Positions 30,269 to 44,622 are shown, counted from the first letter of the stretch. The stretch: 64,000 bases of DNA from Octopus vulgaris (GCA_951406725.2 OX597835.1:27218001-27282000), one strand, 5' to 3'. Notes: generated from the letters alone by a model not told the origin. Numbers and translations are program-made.

Positions 30269-30569
30269 GGTACCCTCGAGTCAGAGAACTGGTACTCTGT
30301 CGGTTACGACGACAAGGATTCCGATCAACGGAACAGCCTGCTGAGCCTTTATTGTAGTTCTTAGGGATATTCAGCATGACACAGATTGTGACAAGTCTGG
30401 CGATTTGAAATACAGGTGCAACTTATTTTTGCCAGGTGAATGGACTGGAGCAACGTGAATAAAATGTTTTGCTCAAGGATTCAACGCGTCGCCGGGAATT
30501 GAACTCACGACCTTATGATCTTGTGCCGAATGCACTAACCACTAAGCCACGCGCTTTCACCGATTCGGG

Positions 30570-30885
30570 AGGAAATGTTTCATCATCTCTCATTTGGTTT
30601 CGAAATCTGAATCAATGTTGTGAAGTAAGCGAAGCTGGAGGAATTCAGAGAAGGGATATGGCAGATTTAGCGTGCTTAGAATGAGAGGAGGATTAGTGGA
30701 GGGAGAGAGGAGTGGGAGTCAGTAGGCTTGTGGTGGATGTAGGTGGACAGATGGATATTGTTTAGAATGATTGGAAAATCGAGAGAAATCTAACCGAGGC
30801 GTCGGATACGTGGGAGGTAACTTCTAAGGTGGGGTGGCAGGAGTTAACGGAAGAGATGAAACTATCGAGCGGTTGTCCATCCTGG
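30570..30885 (-). mobile_element. Penelope-like element RT C-terminal fragment
   Basis: LDSFISSVNSCHPTLEVT...SVRFL, then across frameshifts LSTYIHHKPTDSHS and SSHSKHAKSAI.FSEFLQLR. These match PLE motifs N.FHP.L.FT, YKPTD and SSHP.H.K.SIP.SQFLR. Confidence 0.72.
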
Positions 30886-30893
30886 GGTTCTGT

Positions 30894-30977
<84 letters not shown>

Positions 30978-31158
30978 TGTGGGTGTACGCGACGGCATGT
31001 TTATAGATATCTGCGTAATTTACAAAGATAAATAATCCCAATAATAAATAATTGCTGAAACATAATTAGACATGCACATATCAATTATCAGAATCTACGG
31101 CTAATGAACAGACAAATAGCGGCGGGAAGGAGACAGAAAATATCATGGTTTCAGTAAT

Positions 31159-31223
<65 letters not shown>

Positions 31224-31224
31224 G

Positions 31225-31263
<39 letters not shown>

Positions 31264-31342
31264 ACGCACACGCACACACACAAACATACACACACGCATA
31301 CACACACACACACAAACATACACACGCACAAACACACACACA

Positions 31343-31382
<40 letters not shown>

Positions 31383-31544
31383 TGCATGCATGCACATACG
31401 TATAACAGTATGCTGCAAATAATAGCTGGTCATCACACCAACACCAATCGCAACAACAATTCTGAAGGTGTATCCCTGCTGGAATTTCAAGTCATGCAAG
31501 TTTGTTAGATTTTTACTGAATTAACTACATGTTGGTCAGTGTGG

Positions 31545-31603
31545 AAGGATGGTTGGCGGGCTAGATGGATAGATGGATGGATGGATGGATGGTGGACGGA
31601 TGG

Positions 31604-31639
<36 letters not shown>

Positions 31640-31957
31640 ATGGATGGATGGATGGGTGGATGGATGGATGGATGGACGGACGGATGTATGGATGGGTGGT
31701 AAGTTTACGGACGGACAGATAGCTAACTGGATAGATCGACGGACGGATGGACATGTTGACAGATAGACGGGCGGCGGGTGGACGATCTGATGCACGGATG
31801 GATGGATGGACAGACGGACGGACGGACGGGCGGACGGATGGATGTATGGATGGATGGTAAGTTACGGATGGACAGATAGCTGGCTGGATAGATGGACGGA
31901 CGGATGGACAGACAGTTGGACGGGTTGAGAGACGGACAGACAGGGAGACAGGCAGGC

Positions 31958-32014
<57 letters not shown>

Positions 32015-32182
32015 GGCAGATAGACAAACAGACAGGTGGATGAACTGATGCACGGATGGATGAACAAACGGATGGACGGACAAACAGACGGATGAGTGGA
32101 TGGATGAATGGATGGCTGGATGGCTGGATGGCTGGATGGCTGGATGGATGGCTGGCTGGATGGATGGATGGATGGATGGATG
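31545..32182. repeat. (GGAT)/(GGAC)/(GACA)n tetranucleotide block (GATA/GACA blocks also at 4165-4360, 6790-7305, 12545-12665)
   Basis: Direct inspection. Confidence 0.95.
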
Positions 32183-32631
32183 CCAGGAACAAACTTCGAT
32201 GAGAAAACGGATTTCAGATGATGATAAAATAAATAATGCGTCGAACTGGCAGAGTGGTTATAGCATCGGACAAACTGCCTACAAAATTCAAAAGATTGAG
32301 AAGGGATTTTGCGTGTTGGAGGGTATTTTTTGAGTGAGGTCCCTGTCAGATGTTTATGGAGCCCTCACATAGCTCCTACAAACCTCTGGCCAATGTAGCG
32401 GTTGTAGCCTGTAGAAGATACGGGAGCAGTAACAGTTGCAGCAGCAGCAGCAGCAGCTTCCGTATCATCACCAAATCCAAGGCCCTCACCTTGTGGTTAC
32501 CAAATCTACAGTAATCCGCAGTCGTATTTTCCTCGTGTTCTGGACGGAAGTGTAGCTCCTGGGCCTCTGCTCTACACCGCCACACATCCACTCGCACAAC
32601 AGATCATACGTCCAGAACAGCCTTGTGATAA

Positions 32632-32862
32632 GGTGGCAAGCTGGCAGAAACGTTAGCACACCGGGCGAAATGCTTAGCGGTATTTTGTCTGCCGCTACGT
32701 TCTGAGTTCAAATCCCGCCGAGGTCGACTTTGCCTTTCATCCTTTCGGGGTCGATTAAATAAGTACCAGTTACGCACTGGGGTCGATGTAATCGACTTAA
32801 TCCGTTTGTCTGTCCTTGTTTACCCCCTCTGTGTTTAGCCCCTTGTGGGCAATAAAGAAATA
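32632..32862 (+). mobile_element. tRNA-derived SINE family 1 with Deu/Nin-like domain, full copy. Others near 1675, 5195, 6265, 8368, 12285, 13302, 13606, 19386, 22755, 33316, 36228, 37738, 44290, 45155, 49366, 50375-51055, 55895, 59513
   Basis: Head ggcggcgagctggcagaa...gagttcaaat(t/c)cc. Central gcctttcatcctttcggggtcgat(t/a)aaataagtacc resembles the Deu/Nin domain. About 20 copies. This copy is flanked by a repeated agccttgt. Confidence 0.88.
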
Positions 32863-33029
32863 AGAATAGCCTTGTGGTCGTCAATGGTCATCAAGTCTTT
32901 ATAAGTCTGTGCAGATTCACCCTACCATATATTCCTGGAATCCTTTCAGACCAGAGTTTAAGGCCAATTTCTAAAAGATCCTTTACCCAGCTGTACAACA
33001 ATTGAGTGGGATTTGTCAGAAAGGCATAA

Positions 33030-33310
33030 GCCTATCCGATGTGCTTAGAGGGTGACGAAACCGTCCTGCATACCCTCATTCGGTGTCTATGTATTGCTAT
33101 GCAGGATTATATTGAGCATTTAGTCTCATGGCTCTTGAACGCTTACGGACCAGGTAAACCAATCGTGAAGATGGACTTGCCGCCTTCCCTTATCACGGCA
33201 GTCTTTCTGCGTTTGGTGGCTAAGGCGAAGGAAGATACGGGTTGGACGATGCTGAAATGTTTGAGGGCAGAACTTTCCTTCTCAAGCCAAGCATTTGCCA
33301 ATTCACTCAA
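33030..33310 (+). mobile_element. Possible L1/Tx1-type LINE ORF2 C-terminal remnant
   Basis: PMCLEGDETVLHTLIRC resembles the CxxC...ET..H...C knuckle. The remainder is decayed. Confidence 0.4.
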
Positions 33311-33964
33311 ATACCTATTTCTTTACTACCCACAAGGGGCTAAACACAGAGGGGACAAACAAAAACAGACAAACGGATTAAGTCGATTACATCGACCCCA
33401 GTGCGTAACTGGTACTTAGTTTATCAACCCCGAAATGATGAAAGGCGAAGTCGACCTCTGCAGAATTTGAACTCAGAACATAACGGCAGACGAAATACGG
33501 CTACGCATTTCGCCCAGCGTATTAACGTTTTTGCCAGCTCGCCGCCTATTCGCTCAAATACCACTTCAAGAAAAAGGTGAGGGTAGAAAGTTCCTGTAAA
33601 TTTCATGAAAGGTGGATGAGAGTAACGAAACTGACGCAGCTAAACAGGCCTCCTCTGACTATGCGGCCGTTCATTAGAAGCAAGACTTCGTGTATCAGAA
33701 TAATACGAGGTTGCGTAGTGGGGTGCCATGAATTACTCTTTGCAGTTCCATCCTTTCAATATCGAAAAATCTAGCTGTTATTTTTTTGGTATCCTGTTTT
33801 GTTATTGTTATTTATTGCTGCTTAATATCTTTAATGTTCATCAAACTCTTCTACTCTCTATAAATCCTTCCCTCGCTGTTGCTTGTCGTTTTTCTTTTTT
33901 GTATTTCACCTTCATGTAGTCTTCAGAATTTTGAGATATTGCTAGCAAACGATAACGCCATTTT

Positions 33965-34022
<58 letters not shown>

Positions 34023-34219
34023 TAATAATAATAATGATAGTTATTGCTGTTGGTGTTGTTGTTGTTTTGATGGTGGTAGAGGTGGTAGTGTTGTTGTATA
34101 ATAAAAAAAATACCACTGAATCATTCCTTCATATAACCATGGCCTGATACGGCAAGGCATGATCGTATCACAAACTCACTCCCTCATACCTGCCATGAAA
34201 CAACGAGCCATTGATTGAC

Positions 34220-34889
34220 ACGCTCTCCTCTTCCCTCCCCTCCACCTCCCCCCTTGCTTATGTCATTGACGATGGCCCTTATTTTTCATTTCACTGTTTC
34301 TCTCTCTCTCTTTCCTTCTCTCTCGCTTTCCCTCTCTTCCCTTTCTTTTCCCTTCTCTTTCTCTCTCACTCTTTGTCTCTCTTCCCTCTCTTCTCAATCT
34401 CTTTCTCGGTCGTCTGCTCAGGGTAACTTGTACCAATGAAACAATCGTGCTCTCTCCCTCTCTTTCCCATCCTTTCTGTTTATCTCCACTTCTCTTTCCC
34501 GCTTTCACTCTGCCTTTCTCATCCTCTCTCACCCTCCCACACACACACACTCTCTCTTTTTGTCTACCTCACTTGCTCACCCTTCTACCCTTCCCCTTAC
34601 TCTCTTCATCACAGTCTCCACTCTCTTTCTCTTACACATGTATTTTTTTCTCCCCTTGTTTCTCTCTCATGTTCTCTCCCTCATATCACTGAGTCTTTCC
34701 CACTCAATCTCTCTCTATATCTCTCTGTCTCTCACTTTGTCTCTCCATCTTTCTCTTTCCCTCTCTGTCTCTCTCTCTATCTCTCCCTTTCTCTCTCTCT
34801 TTCTCTCACTCTCTTTATCTATCTATCTTTTTCTATATCCCTTTCTCTCTTCTAGTCCGTTTCTCAATCTCTCTCTCTCTCTCTCTCAG

Positions 34890-34934
<45 letters not shown>

Positions 34935-35181
34935 TCTCTGTCTTCCTCTCTCTCTGTTTCCATCTCCTCTATCGTTTGCTGTGTCTCTCCTTCGTCTCAC
35001 TAAGCGTATTACTTCCTCTCTGTCTCTCACTCTTTATGTCCCCATCACACTTCATGTCTCTCTAGGTTCCTGTCTCTCTCCCCGTCATTCCTTCAGTCTC
35101 CCTCAACCACTCTCACACCCTCTCACTATCTCTTCCCTCCCTCTCTTTCTCACTATCTCTCTCCCTCTCCTTCTCCCTTAC

Positions 35182-35219
<38 letters not shown>

Positions 35220-35525
35220 TCACAGTTTCTCTCTTCTGTATTGCCTATTGTGTCTTTCGTATTTACATCCCCCCCTTTCTCTCTACCTCTTTCTTTCTTT
35301 CTTTTTCTTTCTATGTTCCCATCTCTTTTCTTATTTCATTCACAATCTCTCTCTCTCTCTCTCTCTCGCTCTTTCACACACACACACACACACACGCATA
35401 CACACACACACTCACACACGTACACTCTCTTTTTCCCTGTCTTTCTTCCTCTCCCTCTGTTTCTCCCCTTCTATATTCCCCTCCCCTTTCTTCCCTTCCT
35501 TCATGTCGTCTGCTTTTTCTTCCAT
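34220..35525. repeat. 1.3-kb pyrimidine-rich (CT/CA) low-complexity tract
   Basis: Strong purine/pyrimidine strand asymmetry. Confidence 0.9.
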
Positions 35526-36063
35526 ATCACTTGAATCAGACGACCATTCTTTTCTACGTGAATCATTGAGTTACAGACATTGAATCACTGTCCTTATCAA
35601 TGAATCATTCCGACATATCTCTCCCGTATTACCGAATTTCCACCGCTTGCTTGTGTTGAGCAACCTGCCTGTAGATGGGCGCATGGTTAAGATGTCAGTC
35701 TGCAAGCTAAAAGGTCAGCAGTTCATATCCCATTACTGGCAATACATCGTATCTCCAACAAAGATCCTGCACACTATAAAAAGCCGATACACTAATCCTA
35801 CAAAAGCCTCGATGCAATAAATGTCACATTTAGTACATTACTCCCAAGGACGATTATTAATCATTCGGTTTCAGTGTAACAACCCCCCCACACACACACA
35901 CACACTTGCACATACATACATGCACACAAAAGTACACACACGTACACACACGTACACACACAAAAACACGCGCGCGCATGCAACTTTTTGTAACATATCT
36001 GTAATATTCTGTCGTCAATCGTCTTATTGACAAATAAAAATTGATATTCTTGTTGTTGATGCA

Positions 36064-36206
<143 letters not shown>

Positions 36207-36699
36207 CGTTGTTGTTGTCGTCGTATAAGGTGGTGAAGTGGCAGAATCGTTAGCACGCCGGGCGAAATGCTTAGCGGTATTTCGTCTGCCGCTACGTTCT
36301 GAGTTCAAATTCCGCCGAGGTCGACTCTGCCTTTCATCCTTTCGGGGTCGATTAAATAAGTACCAGTTCCGCACTGGGGTCGATATAATCGACATAATAC
36401 CTATGTCTGTCCTTGTTTGTCCCTTCTGTGTTTAGCCCCTTTTGGGTAATAAAGAAATAGGTATTTCGTCTGCCGCTACGTTCTGAGTTAAAATTCCGCT
36501 GAGGTCGACTTTGCCTTTCATCCTTTCGGGGTCGATTAAATAAGTACCAGTTATGCACTGGGGTCCATGTAATCGATTAATCTCCTCGCCACAAAATTCC
36601 AGGCCTTGTGCCTACAGTAGAAAGGATTATTATTATTATTATTATTAGGTGCTAGTATAGTATGCGGTATACCACGGTGTCAAACAGGGTTATCTTCCT

Positions 36700-37215
36700 C
36701 AGCTTTTAGATATTTCTAGATACTTCAGAGAGAAAGTATCGACTATCTGAGTCTTGATTGAGACCAAAAACCCACGGGCCATCAATTCTACGTCCATGGT
36801 TCCTGTTGTTTCGTTGTTCTGCATCGCTGTCTTCGAAGTAAGGAACGTTGTCGCTATTCGACATTCTTCCTCACTTGTATTTTCGTCGACCAGCAAATCT
36901 TACTTCGTCGATCTGAATGGGGTTATCGTCGTACATGATAAACTATAGCTCTACACACCTCGCTCACATATTGTACCAGTCAGTTACTGTATTTTTAGAT
37001 TTTCCTGTTAGAATCACTACAGTGGTCATGGGTATATCCAAAACAAAGAAAAATATTAGTTCTAAAATCTCACTCAGGCTCACCTTGCAGTTGAATTTGT
37101 TGGTAATGTCCGTACAATGGTAAAACTGGTTTCCTTTACAAACTGAACGCTTAAGGTAGCTAACCCTGGCTATACTGCTTGACAACGTGGTAGGTTTGTA
37201 GGTCGCATACTATAC
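36700..37215 (-). mobile_element. Merlin/IS1595-like (ISXO2 domain) DNA transposase fragment
   Basis: SKNTVTDWYNM*...PIQIDEVRFAGRRKYK*GR...NHGRRIDGPWVFG matches the (V/I)(E/Q)IDE..F..RKY.RGR...WVFG signature. Confidence 0.8.
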
Positions 37216-37222
37216 TAGCACC

Positions 37223-37292
<70 letters not shown>

Positions 37293-37621
37293 GAGTGAGA
37301 GAGCAGTGCATGCCATCTAAGTGACACTGGGCTAAAATAAACGAAGCCCAGTATACCCATCATGACTACCCGTCTGATAAGGCTACACTAGGCACATGCA
37401 TCACAACCATATGTGAGCGACATGGTGATCTCATATCAAGATAAGCAGCACGTGACCTTGCAGGTGGGGCCTAGTTAGAATTTTCTTCTGGTCAAGTAAC
37501 CCATCCCGTTCAAAAGGTCCCTGAATAAGGGTTGTTTAAGGAGGTTGAACGAAACACCCATGTTTCCTGAGATGAATTATTCAAACCCCAAAGAATCCCT
37601 CTCAACACATGGCTATGATGC
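37293..37621 (-). mobile_element. (TAA)n-embedded retroposon, truncated copy
   Basis: Matches 22995-23325, with TTA arrays on both sides. Confidence 0.85.
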
Positions 37622-37645
37622 TTATTATTATTATTATTATTATTA

Positions 37646-37736
<91 letters not shown>

Positions 37737-37959
37737 AGGCAGCGAGGTGGCAGAATCGTTAGCATGCTGGGCGAAATGTTTAGCAGTATTTTTCCTGGCT
37801 TTACGTTCTGAGTTCAAGTTCCGCCGAGGTCGACTTTACTTTTCATCCTTTCGGGGTCGATTTAAAAAGTATCAGTTACGCACTGGGGTCCATGTAATCG
37901 ACTTAATCCCTTCCCACAAATTTCAGACCTAGTGCCTACATTAGAAAGGGTTGTTATTA

Positions 37960-38695
37960 TTATTTTTTTTTTTTCTTCTTTCAAATTTGCTTCCATTTCT
38001 TGCCGAGTGTCTTCCCGACTCCTAGGGCAAAGAAACTCATAGTATACATTGGTAGGCCATTAAACCAAACTCAATAGTTCGTTCATTTTTTTTTTTTTTT
38101 AATTAAAATACATGAGCAGCAACAGTTCTCACATCGACAATGCTCTTCTCAATACGTGTGATGTACCAGTTAAGACAATCTTTTGCACTTCTTGCAGGGA
38201 TGGTAAGCCAGGGATCATTCTCACATAATTTTCGGTTCCCTTCTTGATCATTCCTAGTGCTCCTACGATCACTGGTATTGTAACCGCCTTGAGATGCCAC
38301 ATTTTCTCAATTTCAATGAGTAGGTCTTTATATTTTCTGAGCTTGTCAAACTCTTTCGCTGAGATATTATGATCACAGGGGATGCTCATGTCGATCAATA
38401 AGCAAACTTTATTGTTTTGGTCTTTCACAACAATATCTGGTTTATTGGCCTTGATGGTTCGGTCTGTATGTACTGGAAAGTCCCACAGAATGGTTACATT
38501 TTCTCCTTCAGTTACAGCCTCAGGGTGGTGATTATACCACTTGTCGGCAGTTTTGATATTGTAATGCCGACTTATTAGCCAGTGGAGATATTGGCCAACT
38601 CTGTCATGTCTTAATTTATACTCCACTGGTGCTAAGACTTTACATCCAGAGATTAGGTGGTCCACTGTTTCAATCATGTCGTTGCAGAATCGGCA
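37960..38695 (-). mobile_element. 5'-truncated R4/Dong-like LINE with an uninterrupted C-terminal ORF
   Basis: CRFCNDMIETVDHLISGC knuckle, RHDRV, WDFPVHTDRTIKANKPDIVV, LIDMSIP, KLRKYKDL and VGALG. No stop from 38695 to 38129. TAA repeats on both sides. Confidence 0.92.
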
Positions 38696-38707
38696 TTATT
38701 ATTATTA

Positions 38708-38771
<64 letters not shown>

Positions 38772-39529
38772 CATCATCATCATCATTATTGTTCTTCTTC
38801 TTCTTCTTCTTCTTCTTCTTCTTCTTCTTCTTCTTCTTCTTCTTCTTCTTCTTCTTCTTCTTCTTCTTCTTCTTCTTCTTCTTCTTGTTTCAGATTTTGA
38901 TACAAGGCCAGCAATTTTAGGGAGTGGGTGTCAATCAAATACATCTACGCCATTACTTGATTGGTAGTTTATTTTATCGACCCAAGTAAGAGGAGAGGCA
39001 AGGTCGACCTTCACGAGATTAGAACTTTATAGTTAATTAGTAAATAGTAATTTATTGGTATTAATGAGTTAAAAATTTCATATATTTTCAATGTGCTAAT
39101 AACCTTAGAATATATCTCTTGTATTATAAAGTAGATAGTGAAATATATCAGTATGGTTCTGTATTGGCTGAGTGTGAACTCAATAGAAATGTATTATCAG
39201 TAAAATGATATAGTGGGGAAATAAGTAAGAAAAAATGGTTTAAAATTAAAGTAAAGGAATTTAAATGAGTATATTGAAAAATAAATATAAATTTTTGTAG
39301 AATATTATAGATAAGGGGTAGAATAGATTTGTGTTCTAAAAACTTATTATAGAACATACCTAGTAAAATCAATGATAAGCAGTGTCTTCCTGTGATAAAA
39401 TATCAGTTACTACTATGATACTGTTAACGAAACTTGTTTTTTGTCTACCTACTTACCCTCTTTGTGATTTTGGTTAATGTATTAACTATAAAAATGAATC
39501 TTTTGAATTTAACTAAATTCTATATTTTT

Positions 39530-39619
39530 ATGCAGCTGAAAATTGCTCTACATTTTAAAACTGATGTAATATTTGCATTGTTCAATTAAATGGAGTCGCA
39601 TGAAACGATCGTACTGCAT
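39530..39619 (+). ncRNA. Degenerate type I hammerhead ribozyme-like motif
   Basis: Stem I ATGCAG/CTGCAT, core CTGAAAA (G8>A), imperfect long stem II, GAAAC-GATC-GTA. Confidence 0.55.
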
Positions 39620-39752
39620 TACCTCTGGATATCCTTGTTGCTTATCTTGATTGTAATCACCCCATTTTGAATTATATGGATAATACCATACCAAATTCTG
39701 GTGCCTTTAACTTAATTACCATATTCAACTGAATCTAAATTTTTACTGAACT

Positions 39753-39831
<79 letters not shown>

Positions 39832-39838
39832 GTGTGTG

Positions 39839-39870
<32 letters not shown>

Positions 39871-40408
39871 AATGTATGTATGTATGTATGTATACATACA
39901 TGCATATATATTTGAAATTTCGTGAATGCTATCATTTATCATCATTCCTGCTTCGAGATTCACCAAAGTTTATAAATTTTTATGACATTAACTACATACA
40001 GCTCTAGCTGGTAAGAATACAGTTTGAAAATGGAGAAAGCAACTGGGGAAAACTACTTTGGCCCAATAGTAGAACGTCTGTTATACTTCAAGTAGATTTG
40101 GGTTCGAATCCCTTTGCCAGCCGTCATTTCTTTTTCTTTTTAACCCAATATTTACCCGCAATTGTTTGTAGCCTCATATGCTTCGAAAGTTACCGTTCCA
40201 AAAATTATATATCATTCGCCATGATAGATCGGTAGCCACTACACATTCTTTATTTTCTTATTTTCTCTCCTTGTTTCTTTCTGTGATCCTTTCTGTGATA
40301 GAGCGTAGGCTCGAAACGTTAAAGACTTTTTCACTTCCCGAGCGTTAAACTAATACATCTGTTTGTTTTCTACACCACCTGTCTTCGTCTTTTGTTTTTG
40401 TGAATTCG

Positions 40409-40485
<77 letters not shown>

Positions 40486-40489
40486 ATAT

Positions 40490-41463
40490 AAATATATGAA
40501 TATATACATATATGTACATATATGTACATACCTACATATATATGTATATATACATGCATATACGGGTACAGGACATCAAAAAGATGAACAAATGAGAAAC
40601 GAGAATATAAAAAAACAAAAACATAGAAAACTAATTTTTTTTTCGAACGAAAGAAACAAATAGAGAAACGAGATAGGCAACATAAAGAACATTCCCTTCA
40701 GCAGTTGTCCCATGTTTTATCTACTCCGCGTTTCGAAGGTAGGGTCAAGACGCGACTTCGTTAAAACAATCCTTCCCACAAAGCAAATTAAATAAAATCA
40801 GGGATTTTTTGCGGAGGCTTAAAGTGGTAACAAAAACAGGATAGTAAGAACAAAACAGTAAAAACAAACGGTGAGGGTTGTTAAGCTAAGACGATGTGAA
40901 GTGGAAAACGCTGGAAAAACGAGTTTTGAGAAGCGATAGGTAAAAGCACGTCTTGTCTTTAGGAAGGAAGTGGAAGAAAGAAAGAAAGATAGCCGTTGGT
41001 CACGTGTGAGCAACGAGAGTCAAGGAGGAAGAGTGAGAGAGAGAGAACGGTGAAGGGGAGAGGAGAAGAATAGGGAAAGGGTGGGATAGAAAAACAGGAA
41101 GGAATAAAAACAAGACTGGGAGATAGATAGAAAGAATAAGAGTGCGCATCGGAATTATTAAGATAAAACTTATTTGGAAATGGATGCATGGCGTTCGATC
41201 ATACAATAATATAAATAATATATATGCATATATACATACATATATGTACATACCTACATATATATGTATATATATATACATGCATATATGGGTACAGGAC
41301 ATCAAAAAGATGAAGTAATGAAAAACGAGAACATAAAAAAAGGAAAAATATAGAAAACGAAATTTTTTACGAACAAAGAAAAAAACAAATAGAGAAACGA
41401 GACAGGCAACATAAAGAACATTCCCTTCATCAGTTGTCCCCTGTTTTACCTACTCCACGTTTC
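40490..41463. repeat. About 245-bp direct repeats (40490-40735, 41220-41463), probably Penelope-like tandem pLTRs
   Basis: gggtacaggacatcaaaaagatgaa...gcaacataaagaacattccc...ctactcc(g/a)cgtttc occurs twice. Confidence 0.7.
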
Positions 41464-42934
41464 ATTTATTTATATATATATTTTTTAAATACCTTGTTTT
41501 AAAAAAGAATAATTAGGTTAATGATTAAGTAATTAGTAAGAGAACATTCTTTATTTAGAGAAAGGTGTCCCCACGGAGAACGGTATAAAATATTTATGGC
41601 TTATTTATAGTTCTAGAGAAATGGAAATGAATTTCATTTTATGTCTATCTTTATTTTTAATTTTATTTTTCAGCATACTTGGAAATTGTTAAATTCCATG
41701 ACTGCTAGACTAAACCAAACAATCTTTCGCCATATGTGCACGTACACGTGTGTGTCAGTGCGCGTGTGCGTATGCAGGCGCGCATTCGCTATGTGTGTGT
41801 GTGTGTTTGTGTGTGAGTGTGTGTGTGTGTCTCTGTGTGCGTGTGTGTGTGTATGTTTGTATATAAATACACATAAATGCCTTCACTCACACCTACATAC
41901 ACACAAACATACACACAGATACATATATACATACATACATACATACATACAAATACATACATACATACAAAAACATACATACATACAAAAACACATACGC
42001 ACACATACATACATATACATACATACATATATGCATACATATACACATACATACACACATACATATATACATACTAACATACACACACATATAGATATAC
42101 ATACATACACATACATACACACACGCACACACATACATACATACTTACATAAATACATACACACACATACATACATACATACATACATACATACATACAT
42201 ACACAGATACATACACACACATACATACATACATACACAGATACATACACACACATACATACATACATACATACATACATACATACATACATACATACAT
42301 ACACACACACACATACATACACACACACATATACATACACACATACACACATACACACACATACATACATACATACACACACATACATACACACATACAC
42401 ACACATACATACATACATACATACATACATACATACATACTTACATACATACATACATACATACATACACACACACATACATACATACATACATACATAC
42501 ATACATACATACACACACACATACATACATACATACATACATACATACATACATACATACATACACACACACATACATACATACATACATACATACATAC
42601 ATACATACATACATACATACATACATACATACATGTGCGACCAGCAAGAAAAATTGTCCTACTATAGAAATTAGGATATTTTTGTATAAGATTAAAAATA
42701 CAAATGAAAATAATACTACTAAATTCTACCCCAGTTCCTCCCTCCTGGCCATAAATTACACCCAGGGGGAATCAAGTGCCATTCCGGTTGAGGAAAATTC
42801 TTCGCTAACCAGAACACGCTTTCCTCCATTTGATAATCACCGATAACTCATAGCAGATCAGCTCACATCGATGACTCACTTCGTTTTTCATGCTTTCCAT
42901 GGCGTTGAATCATTCTCTAACCGTTTGATATATA

Positions 42935-42996
42935 ATATCATCACCACCATCGCCAACACTGCCATCATCATCATCATCATCACCATCATCATCGTT

Positions 42997-43027
<31 letters not shown>

Positions 43028-43128
43028 CCATCAACATCATCATCATCATCATCATCTTCATCGTCGTCATCATCATCATCATCATCATCATCATCGTCGT
43101 CATCATCATCATCATCATCATCATCGTC

Positions 43129-43203
<75 letters not shown>

Positions 43204-43261
43204 TTCATCGTTATCATCACCACCATCGCCAACACTATCATCATCATCATCATCATCGTCG

Positions 43262-43305
<44 letters not shown>

Positions 43306-43373
43306 TTCATCATCATCATCGCCATTATCATCTTCATCATCATCATCGTTATCATCATCATCGTCATCACCAG

Positions 43374-43411
<38 letters not shown>

Positions 43412-43415
43412 CCAG

Positions 43416-43468
<53 letters not shown>

Positions 43469-43472
43469 CCAG

Positions 43473-43521
<49 letters not shown>

Positions 43522-43628
43522 GTCGTCATCATCATCATCATCATCATCATCGTCATCATCATCACCGTCATCATCATCATCGTTATCATCATCGTTTTCA
43601 ACAACACTTCGTCGCCATCATCATCATA
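42935..43628. repeat. (ATC)n microsatellite, about 690 bp
   Basis: Direct inspection. Confidence 0.97.
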
Positions 43629-43746
43629 GCATAGCATACTCGCCTTCTTTTTATCGCTGAGTCATTCAATCATCCTGTCGTTGCGAGTCATTGGCTAACT
43701 GCTAATGTGACGTCACGGATGCTCACCTACACACTCCGTCAACACT

Positions 43747-43809
<63 letters not shown>

Positions 43810-43858
43810 CCTTTCTACAATAGGCAGAAGGCCTGGAATTTGTGAGGAGTAGTATAGT

Positions 43859-44288
43859 CGGATCTTTTCGGTTTGAACGCCAGTTTTTAACATAATTTCT
43901 AGGTAACTAAAAAATTTTAAACTTCGTATACTTGTAGAATGTGTTTATAAAACATCTTTTTCTCTTGGCTTTATTGAGAAAATTATATAGTTTGTAAGAT
44001 ATTTGTTGTTGTTTTTTTCTTCAATTTCTACAATTTCAACCAATCAGTGACGTCTATTGAGTTAAAAAGCATTCTGTGCCGTATGAATATTCCCTCGTTT
44101 AAGAAACAGATTGGATTTATTTGCATTTGTGAAGAAAAAAAGATACCCTTCCCCCCACTCCTAACCCTAACTCTAACTAACCCGAAAAGAGATTGAAATG
44201 CCATAGATCGATTCTAGGGTCATAATTATGGGTGACAATTTCATATGACACCGCTAGAAAAAACTGCCGTTCAAACCGAAAAGATCTG
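43859..44288. mobile_element. Non-autonomous TIR element with 6-bp TSD (TATAGT), inserted in a SINE
   Basis: About 30-bp TIRs cggatcttttcggtttgaacgccagttttt / aaaaactgccgttcaaaccgaaaagatctg. tatagt at 43853-43858 and 44289-44294. Confidence 0.85.
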
Positions 44289-44448
44289 TATAGTCGATTA
44301 TATCGACTGCTATTTATTTTATCGGCCCGAAAGGATGAAAGGCAAAGTCGACCCCGGTGGAATTTGAACTCAGAACGTGAAAGTGGACGAGATGCCTCTA
44401 AGCATTTCGCCCGACATACTAACGTTCTGCCAGCTCGCCGCCTTAATA

Positions 44449-44515
<67 letters not shown>

Positions 44516-44622
44516 GAGCAATCAGAGAGCACAAACCTCTGCCAAGGCAACACCAACATCCTTTCAATGATTAGCCAGAGATGATTTTTAAAATGAGAAT
44601 ATCTGAAATAAACTTCACTTGG

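Noticed and set aside
42871-43637. Poly-Ile/poly-Met ORFs
   Set aside because: Pure (ATC)n microsatellite.
44155-44185. Telomere or interstitial telomeric array
   Set aside because: Only 2-3 degenerate CCCTAA units, internal to a TIR element.
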